Positions 36,062 through 47,935 of a stretch of DNA of 64,000 nucleotides are shown here, in pieces; within the stretch, counting starts at the first letter, position 1; each line of letters begins with the position of its first letter. This stretch comes from Albugo candida (lineage: Eukaryota). The notes under the pieces are model-generated. The model had not been told where the DNA came from and made no database searches. It was given only the letters and a program-made list of their open reading frames with translations. The stretch is from the NCBI GenBank assembly GCA_040437565.1, contig JBDOQK010000006.1:124001-188000 (forward strand), read 5' to 3'. A program made the translations under genes and the position numbers.

Positions 36062-38401
36062 TTAAAAATCTTTGTCCCAGTCCGATCCATCGTCTTTGTA
36101 CACTGCGCTCGTATCTGGATCCGAAACCGCTTCAAATCTGGAGCAATCGAACGCGTCAACCAGAGAAGGTAGATATGGTGCGACCACCTTTTTCTTGTAC
36201 ATCGTGTGCCAGCTAATATCCGAAAACCATGGATGGGAACGAATTGCGCGTACTCCACCATGACTCAAACCAATCCGTTTCGTTACATCCCTTTCCAGTA
36301 GCTTAGAAATAAGGTCTTTGCAATGAGGATTCATCCTGGATGGGTACCTGACTTGCTCCTTAACGATATTACGGCAAATTTGCATCTGATCCGACTGGGA
36401 ACTCGCAGCAAACGGAGAATGGCCCACAACCATCTCATATATCAACACCCCCAACGCCCAATAATCGACCCCTTTTCCATGTCCCTTACCCAACACAAGC
36501 TCTGGCGCTAAGTACTCGGGTGTTCCACAAAGCGTATACGTGCGACCATCAATCATTTTTGCAAAGCCAAAATCCACAACTTTGATGTACCCATCCGAAT
36601 CAATGAGTAGATTCTCAGGCTTCAAGTCGCGGTACACAATATTCCGTTCATGCAAATACTCGATCGCCAATAGCACATGACTCGCGTAAAAACGAGCATG
36701 ATCGTCTTGAAGTCTTCCGATCGAACCGGGTGTACAATGAAGATACGAAAAAAGCTCACCGCCCTGAACAAACTCGGTCAGTAGATACAAGCTGTTCTTA
36801 TCTTTGAATGTCTTATAGAATTGCAAGATAAACGGATGATGACACATTGCCATGAGCCGTTTCTCATTCATTACATTGACTTGTTGCTTATAGGCCACAA
36901 TATGAGATTTATTCATAATCTTCATTGCATATGGTTTCCCAGTGATTTTATGACGCATCAGCTTTACACGTCCAAAAGTCCCCGACCCAAGTGTCCGAAT
37001 ATCTTCCAAATCATCCAGTAGAATACTAACGTGCTCACTCATGATGAGAGCTGTCTTTCTATCCTCGATCTCGCGATTCAGAATCCCCTGAATCGGCCCC
37101 AGTAGCTGAACAAACATTGCTTGGTTCAGTACAAGACACTTTAGAGGTCCACTTGCGATCACATCGGCTTGTCGTGGTTCATCGTGAAGTAGTGATACCT
37201 CTCCAAAGTAATTTCCGAATGACAAGGTTGCAACTTGGCGAGCCTCTCCGAATGTATCCGCAGAATTGCATGATCCATCAAGTTTGCTCGACTTCTTTAT
37301 GATCGCTTGTCCACTTTTGATGATGTAAAATGTAGATCCTTTTTCTCCTTCTCGGATTACATAGTCCCCATCGGCATACGAAACTGGTATTAGCGCGGAA
37401 AAAAGCTTTTCTTGTTCATATGGAGACAAATTTTTGAGCAGCGGAATCGACTGGAGTACCCGCATGCTCATATTGTGATCAATAACCTCACGAAGCGACC
37501 CAAGAAGATCATCGAACGATTGACGGTCCAATGCGATGCATTTTACCTCACTGACAGCAGTCACGTTGGCGGCTCGAGGCTCTTGAGTCATCAAAGCACG
37601 CTCACCAAAATAGTCACCATCTTTAAGCTTGACATCTTCCAGTCCACCTTCTTTCCCAGCATCCGAGCAAACAACACAACCGCTCTTTATGATGTACAAA
37701 ACATTCCCTTGTTCTCCTTTGTTGATAATTCGCTCCCCGTTTTTAAACGATACAAACTGAGCAGCTTCAGCAAGTTGTCCAATTTGTTCATCAGTCAATG
37801 GCTTCAGCAATGCAACGCTACGAAGCGCATTCTTACACCCAATGATTTCATCTGACTGGTTCGTGGCCACCAGACGACGAAAGGTGATGCGATCCAGTGC
37901 CCAGAGTCGACCAGGCTCCGTGCACGTGATGGTTGCGCGCCTCGGGCAATTGTAGAGGAGCGCGAGCTCACCAAATGTTGCGCCAGACGTAACAACCGTC
38001 AAGCTCGCACCATCAACAGTGATCAAAAAGAATCCGGATTCAACAACGTAAAAGTAGTCGCCTTTGTCGCCTTCGGTGATAATGACCTCTCCAGTTCCTG
38101 TCGATTTTTCAGTCATCATTTCTATCATCAATTTTATATGATCGTCCTTGATCGAAGAGAATAAGAAATTATTCATGAGTGCGCTATGTATGATTCTTGA
38201 AGATTCAATGCTCTTGGGCGCGTTATTCGCAACGATGGGAGAGTCTATGGGTACGCTCTCGGCAAAGATATCACGTCGACGGCTAGCAGCCCGTTTTTCT
38301 CGCATAAGAGCACTCACTCGACCATCGGCAGAACGATCTTGTGAAACAGGTGCAAATGTGTCAAAGTCTTTTTTCGTCGCAACTGAATTGATGCAACCCA
38401 T
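36062..38401 (-). CDS. Cyclic-nucleotide-dependent AGC kinase (PKG-like architecture: three cNMP-binding domains plus kinase)
   Basis: Three FGE...R.A phosphate-binding cassettes; GSGTFG, YRDLKPEN, DFG and TLCGTPEY; intronless; first ATG gives MGCINS. Confidence 0.92.
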   Translation of the reverse strand: MGCINSVATKKDFDTFAPVSQDRSADGRVSALMREKRAASRRRDIFAESVPIDSPIVANNAPKSIESSRIIHSALMNNFLFSSIKDDHIKLMIEMMTEKSTGTGEVIITEGDKGDYFYVVESGFFLITVDGASLTVVTSGATFGELALLYNCPRRATITCTEPGRLWALDRITFRRLVATNQSDEIIGCKNALRSVALLKPLTDEQIGQLAEAAQFVSFKNGERIINKGEQGNVLYIIKSGCVVCSDAGKEGGLEDVKLKDGDYFGERALMTQEPRAANVTAVSEVKCIALDRQSFDDLLGSLREVIDHNMSMRVLQSIPLLKNLSPYEQEKLFSALIPVSYADGDYVIREGEKGSTFYIIKSGQAIIKKSSKLDGSCNSADTFGEARQVATLSFGNYFGEVSLLHDEPRQADVIASGPLKCLVLNQAMFVQLLGPIQGILNREIEDRKTALIMSEHVSILLDDLEDIRTLGSGTFGRVKLMRHKITGKPYAMKIMNKSHIVAYKQQVNVMNEKRLMAMCHHPFILQFYKTFKDKNSLYLLTEFVQGGELFSYLHCTPGSIGRLQDDHARFYASHVLLAIEYLHERNIVYRDLKPENLLIDSDGYIKVVDFGFAKMIDGRTYTLCGTPEYLAPELVLGKGHGKGVDYWALGVLIYEMVVGHSPFAASSQSDQMQICRNIVKEQVRYPSRMNPHCKDLISKLLERDVTKRIGLSHGGVRAIRSHPWFSDISWHTMYKKKVVAPYLPSLVDAFDCSRFEAVSDPDTSAVYKDDGSDWDKDF

Positions 38402-38835
38402 ATGAGGATATTTGATCTTTGGCAACTAAAAAGGTTATAAATCACTGCTTTTGCCAGCAACGACTTCTATGAAATGGCCGAGCTCCAAGCATTAATGCAG
38501 CAGGCATCTTAGGACAGCACTGACGTCTTGATACGATATTAATAGCTTTATTAGATAACTAAAAATAAGCATTTGGGACCTTGCAATCGTCTCTTTCTAT
38601 AACTACAGCGCTCACGATACATTATAAACGAGCGCGCCGAACAGCTGAGATTTTGAATTTCTATTGCTAGAAAAATTTTACAAACAATCAATTATACTCG
38701 CGCGTGCAAAACCTGTCCAACTTGGCCAAAAGCAACGGCTTTTGCCATTTTATACTTTAGTAAGTCGAACGTGACCACCAGATTGAAGGCTAAAGACCAT
38801 ATCTTGAAACTTTTGTGGCATACTTACTTGAAGCA

Positions 38836-39687
38836 CTAATGTGTCGAATTAGTGTGAAGCCTGTATTTGTCGTCGAAATCTCTCAGCAAGTTTTCTCCAC
38901 GAGACTGCAAGCGAGCTTCACATCCATAGAAGCTCATACCACAAGCTGAGAATGCCATTAACGCGATCAAAAGACAACAGCTGAAAGCAAGGACGATATG
39001 AAGCCTGAAGTTTTTCCACCAGTATACGCTCTTGACTTTTTTTGCTGCTTTCTCATACTTGATAGCTTCATGTTGTAATTTCTCAGTCCTCATCACTAAG
39101 ACGTCAATTTTCTCGCCTCTTTCCATCAGCTACAGCCTCATTCATTCGTTTTATTTTACAAAGAGAAGTGGTGGTAGCTACCTGATTCACATTGTCAATC
39201 ATGATTGTCTTTACTTTGTCCATTCTTTGGCGAACCTGGTCAGAAAACAACCACTGAGCTCTATCTGAAGGTGATTGTAATGCTATTATACTTGTGACAT
39301 GGGAGACTGAATGATAGAATTGTCGTATTTCTTCATCAATGTGTGCAACTCAGAGCTGAAAGAAGTCAAAGCGTACGCCAGTGCCGTTTTTCTTTCAGCT
39401 TCTCCATACTGTGCACAAAAACGTGCCTCAACTTCTTCAAGGAACTGGTAAGCAATATTTGTATGGACATTTCGTTCCGTCATACACATGAATGTGATAT
39501 CTTTATCTCTCAGAAAATAAAAGAGATAATCCTTCTCTGCATGAACAGTTCGTGCCGATGCCTCTCGACATTGCTCACAAAATTGCTTGAGGATGCTTCG
39601 AGATGTAAGCTGAAAATTACCGCTGTGTTCTGTGTGTTCGCAGAGTACATTTTCATCTCTTGCAACGAGTGTATAAAGGATTGACAT
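38836..39687 (-). CDS. VAMP7: Longin-domain R-SNARE (VAMP7-like), 3 exons
   Basis: Longin domain (MSILYTLVAR...FLEEV..RF), synaptobrevin motif (VKTIMIDNVNQ-LMERGEKID...WWKN) and a TM helix. Confidence 0.85.
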
Positions 39688-40063
39688 GATGTTAATCTTA
39701 CAGCTGCGATTAAATCAGGGAATTTGACAGTCGCCTATTTCTATTAATATGAGTCGATGCACCGCGAGATCTTAAAGATCTAATAACAATGAGCCTACTG
39801 CATTAGCTATTTTGTGGTTTCTACAGCCGGAGTGAGTCCTCTCTAGCACGTATGACCCCTTATTGTGCGTCCATGGCCCGTGTACAATACGGCGTGTTTT
39901 CTTATCAGTGAGGCGTGCTGAATATCTAGATCTAGATTGAGACTTGGGACTGCTTTACGATGTCCTGATATAGAGTTATTTAAGCCAGCACAATACGCGT
40001 AAAATGTCGGGAATGTAATGCTTTAGTAACTGATAGCAGACGTTACTATTAGACTAGCAATAC

Positions 40064-42971
40064 ATGCCGCAAAGAATACGATCTCCCGAAACTCAACGAT
40101 GCTCAAATTGGGCAGACGAGAAGAACGATTCAGTGCAATTATCTTTGGATAAAATTGCTCGTCTTCCCGCCCATCAGCATCGAGAAGAGTTATTAGAAGT
40201 GCTAAGTCATAATCGGGTTGTTATTTGTGTGGGTGAGACTGGATCAGGGAAGACCACACAAATTCCACAGTTTGTCTACGATAACATTTCGGCTCAAGAG
40301 GATACCCTTAATGAAGGATGGATGGTTGGAATTACAATTTTTTCGTGGGTGACAAGACACGTCCATCAATCTGCATTCTGAAGAATTGAATCAAGTGATA
40401 GAAGTAGGGAGTTTTAAACGAGTTGCATTACCGTGTAAAACATAGATATTGTCGTTCATTACTAGGACAAAGACTATAAAGAGATTTACCTATTTTCTCC
40501 ACTATTTCGTCACAGCCATANNNNNNNNNNNNNNNNNNNNNNNNNNNNNNNNNNNNNNNNNNNNNNNNNNNNNNNNNNNNNNNNNNNNNNNNNNNNNNNN
40601 NNNNNNNNNNNNNNNNNNNNAGAAGAGTTATTAGAAGTGCTAAGTCATAATCGGGTTGTTATTTGTGTGGGTGAGACTGGATCAGGCAAGACCACACAAA
40701 TTCCACAGTTTGTCTACGATAACATTTCGGCTCAAGAGGATACCCTTAATGAAGGATGGATGGTTGGAATTACACAGCCACGACGAGTGGCGACTATTGC
40801 AGTTGCACAACGAGTGTCTGACGAGATCAAGCTCCAGTCTGATCAACAGAAGGGATCAGAGGACAAGAATTATCACTCACTTGTTGGCTACACCATCCGC
40901 TTTGATGACCACACTGATAAGTACACCAAAATCAAGTTTATGACTGACGGTGTGCTTGTACGAGAGAGCCTCAAGGACCCTTTGTTATCAAAATACAAAG
41001 TGATCGTACTTGACGAGGCTCATGAACGAAGCATCCATACCGATCTTCTTTTCGGTCTCATAAAGACCATCCTCGAGAAGCGAGACGATCTGAGAGTAAT
41101 AATTACCTCCGCGACACTAGACTACGCTAAATTTTCTCGCTTTTTTGCAAAAGATTTGGATCAGCAATCACAGAAAGTAGTCGAAAGCCTAATGAAATCG
41201 GACTGTCCCGTTATCAAAATACCCGGTCGGATGTACGCAGTGGATATCTTTCATTCAAAACAGATGCAAATTGTTGGCAAACATGGTCCGATTTCCACAT
41301 ACGTTCGCTCGGCTGTAGAGACCGCTCTACAGGTTCATAACTCAGAGCCACCCGGACACATACTTGTTTTTCTTACTGGACAACGAGAAATTGAAGATGC
41401 ATGCCGTCAAATACGTAAATTGCATAAAGAACAGCGTTCGCAAGATGATCCGCTGGATTTAGAAGTTTTTCCACTTTATGGAGCCTTATCCGGAAGTCAA
41501 CAGCGTCGAATTTTTCGAATGGTTTCAGAAGAAGCCGTACGTAAGATCATTGTCGCAACCAACGTTGCAGAAACCTCACTCACGATTGATGGTATTCGAT
41601 ATGTCATCGATAGTGGGTTCACCAAGCAAAAGGTTTACAATCCAGCTCGACAGATCGAAGCTTTGGTTGTCGTTCCGATCTCCAAGGTGGCCGCACAACA
41701 GCGCGCAGGTAGAGCTGGAAGGACTGCCCCGGGAAAATGTTTTCGTTTGTATTCAAAAGAATCCTACGATCAGATGATGTCTGAAACGATACCAGAAATT
41801 CAGCGAACCAATTTGGCAAACACTATGCTCTATTTGAAATTGTTGGGAATCCAAGACGTGTTGAAATTCCATTACGTGGATCCACCTGATCAAGATTCCA
41901 TTCTAGACGCGTTGATGCAACTGAACACGCTAAGAGCAATTTCCAGCGATGGAAAAGCTACCCGAATTGGTCGTATCATGTCTGAGTTTCCACTTGAGCC
42001 AAAGATGTCTCGCTGTGTCGTGGAGGCTATCCGCTTTGATTGTGATGAGGAAATGATGGCCATTGTATCCATGCTCTCCACGGAACAAATATTTGTCAGC
42101 AACGATAGACGCCAAATGAAGCGAAAACGAACGGAAGAAAATGACGACAATTACGATGACTTCACCGAAGAAAGGGAAGAGCGTGCAAAGAAACTAGTAC
42201 AAAGAGACTTACTCGATTTACACGGCGATCATCTGACATTCTGTCGAATTCTCAAAGCTTACGAACGAGCGCCGAATAGAAGAGCTTGGTGTGAAATGTT
42301 GGGTCTGCATTCGGGTGGACTGCGAATGGCATTGTCCATCTACAGCCAACTACGAGAGATACGACGATCAATGGACCTTAGTCCAGAATTTCAAAATTGG
42401 TACCGAAAATATAGAGCAAAAAACGATCACACGTCCTTGTCATCCCGAATTCGCAAATCTCGTAAGTAGATTCCGATCTGATGTGATTTTCTAATACCTG
42501 TATTCTCATGTAGTTTGTGCTGGATACCATTCACAGTTGGGTGTGCAGTGTAGGAATCAAAATATCTACAAAGTCGTCAGCAGTGGAGTACAGGAAGGCC
42601 CCGATGGAGCTTCGGCATCATCTGAAATACTATTGGCGCATCTCCATCCTCTTTCTATCTATACTCTTGATTCCATCGCCTCAAGCGCTCCAACTACGTG
42701 TCTGTACCACCAGATCATTCATACAAGCAAAAACTTCCTGCAGCATGTCGTCAGCGTCGAGACCTCTTGGATAAATGAGTACACCAAACCAACTCTTACG
42801 AAAGAACAACTCTATGCGCTTTGTGGTCTAAAAGCTCCATCCTTTGAGAGGTTCGGGGTCTCCGATGCTTTAGTACAACCAGTGATAGTCGATGAAGGTT
42901 ATGCTACGCAGAGAAGGGACGACGCTATCGCCAAAGCTCGCGAACGTTTCCTAGCGCGAAAACAATCTTAA
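40064..42971 (+). CDS. DEAH-box RNA helicase (DHX8/DHX40-type); 5' part broken by an assembly gap
   Basis: GETGSGKT, TQPRRVA, DEAH, SAT, QRAGRAGR, HA2 and OB-fold regions; intron at ~42462-42513; 40183-40336 is repeated after the gap. Confidence 0.9.
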
Positions 42972-43172
42972 TTTGAGCATTTTCCTATAATTAATGAGTG
43001 ATTCTGTAATTTTGTTTGGTCTATTTGAGCGATAAATANNNNNNNNNNNNNNNNNNNNNNNNNNNNNNNNNNNNNNNNNNNNNNNNNNNNNNNNNNNNNN
43101 NNNNNNNNNNNNNNNNNNNNNNNNNNNNNNNNNNNNNNGTAATTTTGTTTGGTCTATTTGAGCGATAAATAC

Positions 43173-44675
43173 ATGGACAAATCGCATTCTTCGTCCGTGA
43201 GAAAACGCCAGCGGACAAAAACCTCGGATGAAACGAAAGACGAGAAAATAAATGAACTGCTTGACGAAATTGGAGTAATCCGCAGTGCTGAAAAAAGAGC
43301 TAGCGTGATAAAACCAGCAATCATCGACTTGTTGAGTCCAGAGAGCGCGGGAAAGGATGCATCAAGACAAAGTCACAAAGCCAAGCATTTTAGTACACTA
43401 CTTTCAAGCATGGATTTTGAAAGTCCGTCCAAAGCTACAAATTTGGGCAGCACGATTGATTTGACAACACCTGAAAACAAGGCTTGTGACCGCAAATCGT
43501 CAAAGCGTTTCTCGCCAGGGTCACCAGAACTAGAACTATTGTCACGTGTCGTAGCAACTGGAAGAAAAGGACGCGGCGAACAATTCGATGAACTAACGGA
43601 AAAACTTGAATGTCGAAATAAAGATGGTAAGAACATAATGGAGATCAAAGTATCATCCCCGCGAGCCCGTCGGAAGTGCTGTGTGATGACCAGATATATC
43701 AAAAAGTCGACTCCATGGGTTGCTATGGAGCAAAGCTTAAGCCAGTCTTGCGTTGGTGAAGCTATAAAGTCACTGATATCAAGTATGACGACTACCGCTC
43801 GGTCAACTCTATTTCAATTGCTCCCGTCTTTCGCTTGCACGGTACCGAATGTGATAATTTGGTCCCGACCTAGCATGTCTGTCCAGGTTCTGTGTATCTA
43901 CACCTCAGCCTACGAGTTTTTGCAGCTTTTGTCGGACAAAGGCTATAATGGACTTTCACAGTATCTACAAGCAGCTATAAAAGAGTGCTGGGGTTCTAAA
44001 GATACAGGCTGCGTTGCCACAAGCTCGAGAGTTTTTTGGATTGTAGAGAAGCTTGATGAAGCCCTTTTGCACCACAATAAAGCATGTGAAACTTCTAAAC
44101 GATCGGAATTAGCACGCAGCAGTCACGAAAGAAAGTCGCAGATTGCGTCTCAAGATATCTTCGAGATCACATTTCAATTATTCGAAGACTTTAGAGTTCA
44201 TGTCAAGGTAACCTCATGCACGAGATTGGTGTAGGCGTCGGATATTTCTGATCCTTTGCTCATTTTTGTGTAGCAAACTTGTGACGAACAAGACTCTATT
44301 GCATACATAGAGCTGATCACTCGAGAAGTTGGAAAACCATGCCGAAAAATGATCGAGCATGATTTGCAGGAGCTATTAGAAGCTATTCCTCGTCTGAACG
44401 CCATTAGAGTGCTCTCTGACGGAAACACAGCAAATATGTTTGCGAATGCTTGGCTTCGAATGCTTCTTTTAATACCGGGAGTCAGCGAGGAGAAAGCACA
44501 GTCGATTTTAGATCATTATCCAACCTTTACATCACTGTATGGAGCATATCGAAATCCATCTCAAAGCCGAGAAGAAAAACAGAACTTACTAGCTTATAAT
44601 GTAAGTGGTGGAAAGATCGAGCGAGCTTTATCCGTCAAGATATTTGATATCTTTGGATCAGTCGACTCAAAGTGA
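43173..44675 (+). CDS. EME1: ERCC4-domain protein, EME1-like (MUS81 partner)
   Basis: Low-complexity N-terminus, degenerate ERCC4 region and HhH tail WLRMLLLIPGVSEEKAQSILDHYPT; intron 44208-44273 joins the two ORFs in frame. Confidence 0.7.
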
Positions 44676-44853
44676 CAAGCTTTACACATCGAAGGAAGCA
44701 ATCGACTCATCTGCAATCAGATTGTACTAAAATGTTAGAAAATCGACTTGGAGCAATTCATCTTCCGTGCTGATTTTGAACCCAGGCTTTGCGAGCGTCT
44801 CCTGAGTTATTTACACTGTATTAAATTACTTATACGCGATAATGTATCGCAAA

Positions 44854-45783
44854 TCAGAGGCTCTGATGCGACAGATTCAATCTGCACTGGTTTGAAAAGT
44901 TATCGTGACCTCTATAGGTGTGCTCATTTCGATTTCTTGACCTAGACCTTGATCTGGAAAACCGAAATTCGTCCCTGCAGTGTTTTTCATGAAAGCTGCG
45001 TGGTCGGAATGCTAGATCTGTGCGCCGGCGATATGTGGAGGTAAAGGACCGACAATGGCTTCGAGAATAGCGCTCATGATTCGTGTCCGCATGTGGACTA
45101 TGTTTCATATAAGCGGGATAGAATGTCGACCCTGGATCTGCATTGCCATTTTCAGGTGCCCCAACGTCCCAATTGGATTTTCTATTTTTCTTACGCTCCA
45201 AACGCATTCGCTCTGAAATGGTCAAAGATACGACCGATAAGTCTTCAGTGACTTCTGCCTTTTCGACTCTGACAATTCTTGCGGGCTCGAACACCTCCAC
45301 ACCAATCTTTTCAGTGTCATTAGCCTTGAATCCAGCTTGTTCATTAGCTTCAGACGTCGCACATGCAGCCACCTTTGGAATTTCTTTCGATAATTCCTCT
45401 TGTTTATGCGATCTGGGTACAAAAATATTGTCCACAGATGGAGTGATGATGGAAGCATTGGAACTGCAAGCTTTAATGGAATTGTCAGTATGAGGGCTCT
45501 GTACTTTGACTTGATTCGATATCGCATGCACTTTTCTTCCTTGTTCTTGTTGTCGCCACAATAGAATCCATCGCTTTTTTGGTGCCAATTTTGTGAGACA
45601 TTCAGCAGAACCCGTCATTTCTACAACTTTTGCAGTACATTGATGCGGAGATTTGAGCTCTTCCTTTTGCTCATGATTCGGATGTAGTGACGATGCGAGT
45701 GTTGTTGCTTCTCTGGGTACCATTGCTACTGCGGCCGCCATTTTGATTTGACACCGCTGAATAATGAGAGCCAGTAAAAGCAT
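44854..45783 (-). CDS. Hypothetical protein with C-terminal RS-rich tail
   Basis: 309-aa ORF with SRSRSRSR near the C-terminus; no family recognised. Confidence 0.55.
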   Translation of the reverse strand: MLLLALIIQRCQIKMAAAVAMVPREATTLASSLHPNHEQKEELKSPHQCTAKVVEMTGSAECLTKLAPKKRWILLWRQQEQGRKVHAISNQVKVQSPHTDNSIKACSSNASIITPSVDNIFVPRSHKQEELSKEIPKVAACATSEANEQAGFKANDTEKIGVEVFEPARIVRVEKAEVTEDLSVVSLTISERMRLERKKNRKSNWDVGAPENGNADPGSTFYPAYMKHSPHADTNHERYSRSHCRSFTSTYRRRTDLAFRPRSFHEKHCRDEFRFSRSRSRSRNRNEHTYRGHDNFSNQCRLNLSHQSL

Positions 45784-45872
45784 GAATTCCGGTACATCAT
45801 ACTTACTTACGATATATCAAGAGGTAGGAGGGATGAAGTGTGTTAAAGTACGGACGCAAGTGCCAGCGCATC

Positions 45873-47585
45873 ATGCCAGCAGGTATTATAAAGCATGCTG
45901 ATTACGATATACTTTATCGGCAAATTGAACAGTGTTCTACACGGATTGAATGTCTCAGAAAAGACTATGAGGAAGCTCTTGACTCCCTTGAAACTGCTAT
46001 GCAAGTTTTGATCAAGAAGACCAGAAAGAAAGAATGGAGTGTTCCTAAAGCTCGTAAAGACATGATAATTCAGTGGTTTCAACTGTTTTTGCACGTATCA
46101 GATTTACGCATTGAGATTCGTCGCGGCGAGGTTCGACATAAAACCACGCGTGACTTGAAACAATTCTCTTGCCAGCACAAAACCGGTCGATCTGAAGCTT
46201 CTCATTCGGGTCTCAGCATTGACGATGTGAATGTTCTGTATCAGAAACTAGATCGATCTTTAAAGGATCATCGTGTGCGCACTCGCCTGGAATGTCTATT
46301 TCTACAAATTGACTTGTTGGATAGAGATCAAATTGGAACTTTGGATTCAAGACTAAGAGAATGTCTATCTACTTTTGAGTCATGCATAGGCAAATACCAC
46401 AAAATTGAGATCATACGAAACGATCCCCATGATAAACTTATTGTCTTTGCTGATAGAAATGGTGCAAGCACAGATGAATACAGTGTCTATAGAACATGTT
46501 TTGATCCCTCCAGTTGTTTGTGCCCAGCTTCCGATTTTGAGCCATGGAAAGATTTCCAATTCACTATTGTCGAAGTTTCTCCTGATAGGACTAACGAAGA
46601 TGGGCAATTGAATGGCGGGCGCTGCTACAACGCGACAGAAGCGCCACTGAATGTTGGCCTGAATGAATTAAAAAGGCGTTATGGCTTTGAGATATTAGAA
46701 AACACTGCGGAATGCTATCAAATGTGTCGGGCTACGGCTCATGTGGAAACAAAAAGAGTCGGTATTGATCCATTGTTATCAGCTAATCACCCAGATCAAG
46801 CTCTGAGATATTTCCGATCGAGGGTTCAGAGTAGCAACTCACCAGAATGCGAACATTTCCAATTTATCCTTAGCAACATGCAGGACAATTCTTTGCACAT
46901 TCATCTAGGAGGATATTATTTGAAGAGCATGGCCGAAACAATCGATATTTTTTTGGATACGGTTGAGCATTTTGACATTCGCATCACTGGCATAGACGTG
47001 TCTAATACTATTCTTGATAATGCATCTACGAGAAGTATATGTCGTATGTGTAAAATGAGAGCTTCTCGTCATCACAGCCTCACATTGAAGATGCGTGGAT
47101 TGACCCTTGACTCTTTTGACAACCTCCTGTGTCTTTTAGATGCAATATCTATGGCTTCGTCTGGACAGTGGCTCAAGATCCATCAGCTGGATTTGTCCTA
47201 CAACAATTTCATTTTTAGTAATAGAATGTCCTCACTAAATTGGTTGCAACAGCTTCCTAGGCAATTTCCGGCCTTGGAAGAACTTATTCTGGTGTCTTGC
47301 TTTCCAGCTCCATTATGGGCAATTCAGCATCAAAATGAAGAGGAAGTCTTTGTAGCGCTTTTGACTTGCCGACAATTTCCTCGACTTGTAAAAATCGATT
47401 ATAGCTGCAATTGGGTGTCATCTGCCATACTGCACATATTTTTTACACTTTGTGAATTACGACAATTGACGCTGGATAATCTCAAATTTGGCTCTAGTTC
47501 CCTTACCTCAGAGGAAATTCTACAGCGTCATGAATTCGCATCAGATAGGCAGAGCGTCCCGGATATGGCGAGCTGGATACTCTGA
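45873..47585 (+). CDS. Hypothetical protein with RNI-like leucine-rich repeats
   Basis: About 570-aa ORF with IDVSNT, LDLSYN, LEELIL and IDYSCN LRR-like motifs. Confidence 0.65.
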   Translation: MPAGIIKHADYDILYRQIEQCSTRIECLRKDYEEALDSLETAMQVLIKKTRKKEWSVPKARKDMIIQWFQLFLHVSDLRIEIRRGEVRHKTTRDLKQFSCQHKTGRSEASHSGLSIDDVNVLYQKLDRSLKDHRVRTRLECLFLQIDLLDRDQIGTLDSRLRECLSTFESCIGKYHKIEIIRNDPHDKLIVFADRNGASTDEYSVYRTCFDPSSCLCPASDFEPWKDFQFTIVEVSPDRTNEDGQLNGGRCYNATEAPLNVGLNELKRRYGFEILENTAECYQMCRATAHVETKRVGIDPLLSANHPDQALRYFRSRVQSSNSPECEHFQFILSNMQDNSLHIHLGGYYLKSMAETIDIFLDTVEHFDIRITGIDVSNTILDNASTRSICRMCKMRASRHHSLTLKMRGLTLDSFDNLLCLLDAISMASSGQWLKIHQLDLSYNNFIFSNRMSSLNWLQQLPRQFPALEELILVSCFPAPLWAIQHQNEEEVFVALLTCRQFPRLVKIDYSCNWVSSAILHIFFTLCELRQLTLDNLKFGSSSLTSEEILQRHEFASDRQSVPDMASWIL

Positions 47586-47935
47586 AACTCTTTGGCATAA
47601 GCAAAGGTCTTAGAGCATAAAAAGAGAAGTTTTTCTTCGGAAGTATTGGGATGCTGCGATTCGTTTATTTGGTGATCCTCAGATTGTGATTGAAATTTTC
47701 GACCAGAATAAAACTTGAAGAGCAATTCTCAGCACTATCGCTCGCACAGAATTTCACTTCGATAGCTTGCTCATAGAAGTTGAGCTCGTAGAGACAAGCC
47801 TAATTTAATTGCTGCATATAGGAAGCCCTTCTTCTCCGATAAGTCGAACCGTAAAGTAGGACATACTGTGACAAGGGTACAAATGCTTCGAAAAATCGAT
47901 AAATTAGCGGTGGTAAAAAACAATTTTCGTCCAAC

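Noticed and set aside
40064-40620. Separate truncated helicase gene upstream of the full one
   Set aside because: 40183-40336 is repeated after the gap and followed by unrelated sequence; most likely a chimeric contig end of the same gene.
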